Assembly (NCBI GenBank): GCA_016839705.1
Contig: JAEOTR010000041.1
Span: 32,001 to 96,000, forward strand
Length of the DNA: 64,000 nucleotides
Reading direction: 5' to 3'
From: Promethearchaeota archaeon
GTDB taxonomy: Archaea; Asgardarchaeota; Lokiarchaeia; Sigyniarchaeales; SOKP01
Shown here piece by piece: positions 60,505 to 64,000 of this stretch. The notes beneath the pieces were generated by a model. It was not told the DNA's origin and did no database searches. It was given only the letters and a program-made list of their open reading frames with translations. The stretch's first letter is position 1; the number at the start of each line of letters is the position of its first letter. A program made the translations under genes and the position numbers.

Positions 60505-61758
60505 CTAGCCAAAATGTTTTTCTTCTTCGGCATCTGAGTCTAATGCATCTTGCTCTACGTCACGACCTAACCATTTATCACTTAAAATCTCTTTATAATA
60601 CTCATGCTGGATTATCAAATTCATGATTTCAGTTGTACCCGTCCATATTTCACCTAATCTCGCATCTCGTAATAACCGTTCAATTGGATAGACCGTAGTA
60701 TAACCGATACCCCCCATGATCTGCATAGCATTATTAATAACTTTCCAGCAAGCTTTTGTTGAAAACTTCTTTGATTCGGAAACCAATCTTCTCTGTAGAG
60801 ATGCTGGAGCCTCAGCATCAATACTCTTTGCAGTATTGTAAACCATCGCTCTAACAGCATCTAAAAGTGTAATGCTATCAGAAATTTTAAAGCTGACTCC
60901 TTGAAAATTTTTAATAGTTTGCCCAAAAGCTTTTCTTTTAGTGCTATATTTAGTAGCAATCCTAAGACAAGCTCTAGCAAGTCCAATAAAACCAGAAGCG
61001 GTAGTTAACCTTTCTGGGACCATCATTTGATAGAAAATCTGTCCTCCCGCACCTTCTTTAAGAAGAATATTCTCTTGGGGGACTTCCACATCCTTAAATC
61101 GTATACGTCCCGCTCCTCCCCCACGAGTGCCTAGCAATCCAAAGAGATATTCTACTTTGATATCCTCATTTCTATCTACGATAAATAAACTTAGGGAGTT
61201 TCGTGGATCTATATCTGGATTTAAAATTGTTTTTGCATAAACCAATAAGAAATCAGCGCCTTCTGCTCCTACCACAAACCGTTTTTCCCCGTTTAAGATA
61301 TAATTGTCTCCCTTCTTTTCCGCTGTACAAGTGGCTCCAAAAAAATCAGAACCACCTCTTGGCTCAGTTAAAGCTTCAGCGGTACACTTTTTCCCTTCAC
61401 ACATTGGTTTGAGATATTTTCGTTTCTGGTCTTCTGTCCCAAATTTATTAAGAGCTTCTCCACAAATACTTGGTAATGAAAATAAACATGCCAGAGAACT
61501 CCCTAATTCCCCAATTTCTTCTAGAGCAATAACTTCACTCTCCCAATTTAATCCACGACCTCCATATTCTTTGGGGAATCTTACTCCTATTAAATTTTGC
61601 TTTGCTAAAGCCTTTAAATACTCAGTAGGGTATTGGATCTCATCTTTATCTAATTTTTTTAATAGTGAGGGAGGAACAGCATTTTTTACAAATTCACGAA
61701 CCTCTTCTCTAAATTTTCTATTTTCTTCACTCAATAAGTAGTCATACATGTTCTTCAC
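60505..61758 (-). CDS. Acyl-CoA dehydrogenase
   Basis: [46 protein letters not shown]. Confidence 0.93.
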   Translation of the reverse strand: MKNMYDYLLSEENRKFREEVREFVKNAVPPSLLKKLDKDEIQYPTEYLKALAKQNLIGVRFPKEYGGRGLNWESEVIALEEIGELGSSLACLFSLPSICGEALNKFGTEDQKRKYLKPMCEGKKCTAEALTEPRGGSDFFGATCTAEKKGDNYILNGEKRFVVGAEGADFLLVYAKTILNPDIDPRNSLSLFIVDRNEDIKVEYLFGLLGTRGGGAGRIRFKDVEVPQENILLKEGAGGQIFYQMMVPERLTTASGFIGLARACLRIATKYSTKRKAFGQTIKNFQGVSFKISDSITLLDAVRAMVYNTAKSIDAEAPASLQRRLVSESKKFSTKACWKVINNAMQIMGGIGYTTVYPIERLLRDARLGEIWTGTTEIMNLIIQHEYYKEILSDKWLGRDVEQDALDSDAEEEKHFG

Positions 61759-61814
61759 TATTTAGGAATTTAACAAATATACTAAGGTTTGGTAGTATTA
61801 ATTTTTTTTACAAC

Positions 61815-61838
61815 TTCGTGAAATCTATCTTTCACGAA
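61815..61838. promoter_or_regulatory. Perfect 9-bp inverted repeat in divergent intergenic region (possible operator)
   Basis: TTCGTGAAA-tctatc-TTTCACGAA. Confidence 0.35.
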
Positions 61839-62005
61839 AATTTTTTTAAAAAAATTTTCTAAAAATTCCCGTTTATTCAAACTTCAATTATAGTTCAACA
61901 ATTTAATCTATAAATAGTAAAAATCATTATTTAAAACACATTAAAAACCTAAAAATATTATTATATAAAGACAATCTGTTTTAAGGGTTCACAGGTGACT
62001 TTATT

Positions 62006-63277
62006 ATACTCACAAAAATTAAACATATATATAATAGCTATCCTAATGCTTTTAAAGTGCTGACTCTTGCCACGTTCATTGACATGCTTGGATCTTTTTT
62101 ATTATATCCTTTTTATGCACTGTATGTAACCGAGCATTTTGGGGTGGGTATGACTCATGTAGGAATTTTATTTTCAATTTTCTCGGTAGGAAATATATTT
62201 GGCGGTATAATCGGAGGTGCATTAGCCGACAAATATGGACGTCGTTTGATGGTCCTGATAGGGTTGATTACAAGCGGAGTTGGAAGTATTTTTCTAGGAT
62301 TCATCAATGAACTGAATTTATTTTTTATTTTTTCCGCATTATTAGGTTTGGTTGGCGCCTTTGGACGTCCTGCTCGACAAGCGATGGTGGCTGATCTACT
62401 TCCTGAGGGAAAACAAGCAGAAGGATTTGGAATACTACGTGTAGCTTTCAATATTTCAGCTACAATCGGACCTATCCTTGGTGGATTTTTAGCCACCCAA
62501 TCTTATATGTCTTTATTTATCGCAGATGCAGTGAGTAGTATAATTACGGCTATAATCGTATATCTCGTCATTCCGGAAACAAAACCTCAAACACATGATG
62601 ATAAATCTGAAGAAACAGTAATGAAAACAATTATTGGATACAAAGAGGTGTTAAAGGACGGAACTTTTATTGTATTTATCTCTGTGTCTGCTCTTATGGT
62701 ATTAGTATATATGCAAATGAATAGTACTTTGTCAGTATTCTTGCGGGATGTTCATGAATTTCCCGTGCAGAATTTTAGCTTATTATTAAGTATGAATGCG
62801 CTTATGGTGGTAGTATTTCAATTCTGGATAGCCAGAAAGATTTCAAAATATGCTCCTATGAAGATGATGGCTTTTGGGACTCTTTTTTATATGGTTGGTT
62901 TTGGTATGTATGGTTTTGTTGCTGAGTCATATCTGTTTTTCATCGCTATGGCGATTATCACCATAGGCGAGATGATTGTGACACCTGTTGGACAAGCTGC
63001 GGCAGCTTCTTTTGCTCCTGAAGATAAACGAGGACGATACATGGCGGTTTACAGTTTCCAGTGGACGATTCCTAATCTTTTTGGGATTCTAGTCGCTGGA
63101 TTAGTTATGGAAAATCTTGGACCAAACTGGGTGTGGTATTTGGCGGGGATCCTGAGTCTAATTTCAGTTGTAGGTTTTTGGTTACTTAATGTTGCTACAA
63201 AAAATCGCTTATTAAAAGAAGAGAAATCTTTGGATGAAGAAGACAAACTAACTACTCTACCTCAAATACAATCTTAA
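62006..63277 (+). CDS. MFS transporter (drug:H+ antiporter-like); ORF-track start 62057
   Basis: GALADKYGRR motif A, about 12 TM segments, PEDKRGRY. Confidence 0.92.
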   Translation: MLTKIKHIYNSYPNAFKVLTLATFIDMLGSFLLYPFYALYVTEHFGVGMTHVGILFSIFSVGNIFGGIIGGALADKYGRRLMVLIGLITSGVGSIFLGFINELNLFFIFSALLGLVGAFGRPARQAMVADLLPEGKQAEGFGILRVAFNISATIGPILGGFLATQSYMSLFIADAVSSIITAIIVYLVIPETKPQTHDDKSEETVMKTIIGYKEVLKDGTFIVFISVSALMVLVYMQMNSTLSVFLRDVHEFPVQNFSLLLSMNALMVVVFQFWIARKISKYAPMKMMAFGTLFYMVGFGMYGFVAESYLFFIAMAIITIGEMIVTPVGQAAAASFAPEDKRGRYMAVYSFQWTIPNLFGILVAGLVMENLGPNWVWYLAGILSLISVVGFWLLNVATKNRLLKEEKSLDEEDKLTTLPQIQS

Positions 63278-64000
63278 GATATTCATATTTAGAATTAAGT
63301 AATTTCAGAACATTTCCTGCAAATAACCTTAAATTTCGGACATGAAGAGGTTTTTCATCTTTTTGTTCTAGGAAGAATTCATGTAGCATATTTCTGGTTG
63401 CATCTGGACCATTTTTTTCGAGATATTGCATCCAGTGGATTGAGGTTCTACAGATTTTTTCTAATTCTTCATCAGGATATTCATTTTTATCAAGAATTTT
63501 ATTATGATACTTATCTAAAGCATTGTTTATCCGTTCTAAGTGATCAGCAATACCTAATGAATAGCGACATAAACTAATTAAATTGGAAGTAATTCTAGAG
63601 TTTCTTGTGTTAGTGGCTGCTTCAAATGATTCCCAGACATCATTCCACTCATCTTTATTTCTACCATTTAAACCATTATTAAAGAGCGCAACATTAATTA
63701 TATCACTTAAATCAACATCATGCCCTCTTTTTAACTTCTTATTAAAAATCTCTTTTAATCTTGTTCCTTCCAGATAGCTTCCAGCACCAAAATCAAGTAA
63801 TTGATTTAAATTATTTGCAGCACAAAGTGCTTCATATCTAGTTTCCCCTGTATCTGGGTTAACCCATGAAACCCTCTTCTCGAATTCTCCCGTTTCTTTG
63901 TTTTTAATCCAACCGCATTCTTTTAGCGCATGGTCTAAAACACTTATCTGAAAGCACCAAAAGTCGATATCATCAGTAAAGCGTTTTCTTCTCCAATCTC
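63252..64000 (-). CDS. Nucleotidyltransferase-fold-like protein (5' partial, absent from ORF track)
   Basis: Minus frame read from 63998 in phase with TAG at 63252-63254; RKRFTDDIDFW and KRGHDVDLSDI resemble Pol-beta-superfamily motifs. Confidence 0.5.
   Translation of the reverse strand, partial: DWRRKRFTDDIDFWCFQISVLDHALKECGWIKNKETGEFEKRVSWVNPDTGETRYEALCAANNLNQLLDFGAGSYLEGTRLKEIFNKKLKRGHDVDLSDIINVALFNNGLNGRNKDEWNDVWESFEAATNTRNSRITSNLISLCRYSLGIADHLERINNALDKYHNKILDKNEYPDEELEKICRTSIHWMQYLEKNGPDATRNMLHEFFLEQKDEKPLHVRNLRLFAGNVLKLLNSKYEYLKIVFEVE

Overview
AT-rich archaeal chromosomal window, most likely from an Asgard archaeon of the Lokiarchaeia type. This is inferred from a profilin, Elf1, ZPR1, AN1-finger, LITAF-like and BAR-like genes alongside GatDE, TFB, fibrillarin/Nop5 and the proteasome-exosome superoperon. 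Most of it is housekeeping: metK, rnhB, flpA, nop5, pyrD/K, elp3, gatE/D, rpl2, tfb, psmA-SBDS-rrp4-rrp41-rrp42-rpl37ae-pcc1-pfdB, ECF transporter, cgi121, sua5, porGDAB, pfk, an acyl-CoA dehydrogenase and an MFS transporter. It also holds four tRNAs carrying five introns and one TnpB-only IS. Main finding: the RNase HII gene is split inside its catalytic DEAGRGP motif by a 30-nt stop-containing insertion (23280-23309). The insertion folds into a bulge-helix-bulge-type splice motif with the same size and geometry as the tRNA introns in this window, so it is a candidate tRNA-type intron in an Asgard mRNA. Other notable items: a tRNA intron in the acceptor stem (6/7), recurrent apparent ATA/ATT/ATC start codons, a BAR-like plus polyproline/VASP-like gene pair, an uncharacterised 8-gene operon with an AAA ATPase, a degenerate SMC-like and a winged-helix protein, an AN1-rhomboid pseudoprotease beside an AN1-M50 protease, and RHH-HisKA-REC proteins lacking a kinase domain. 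All calls are by eye; no database searches were run.
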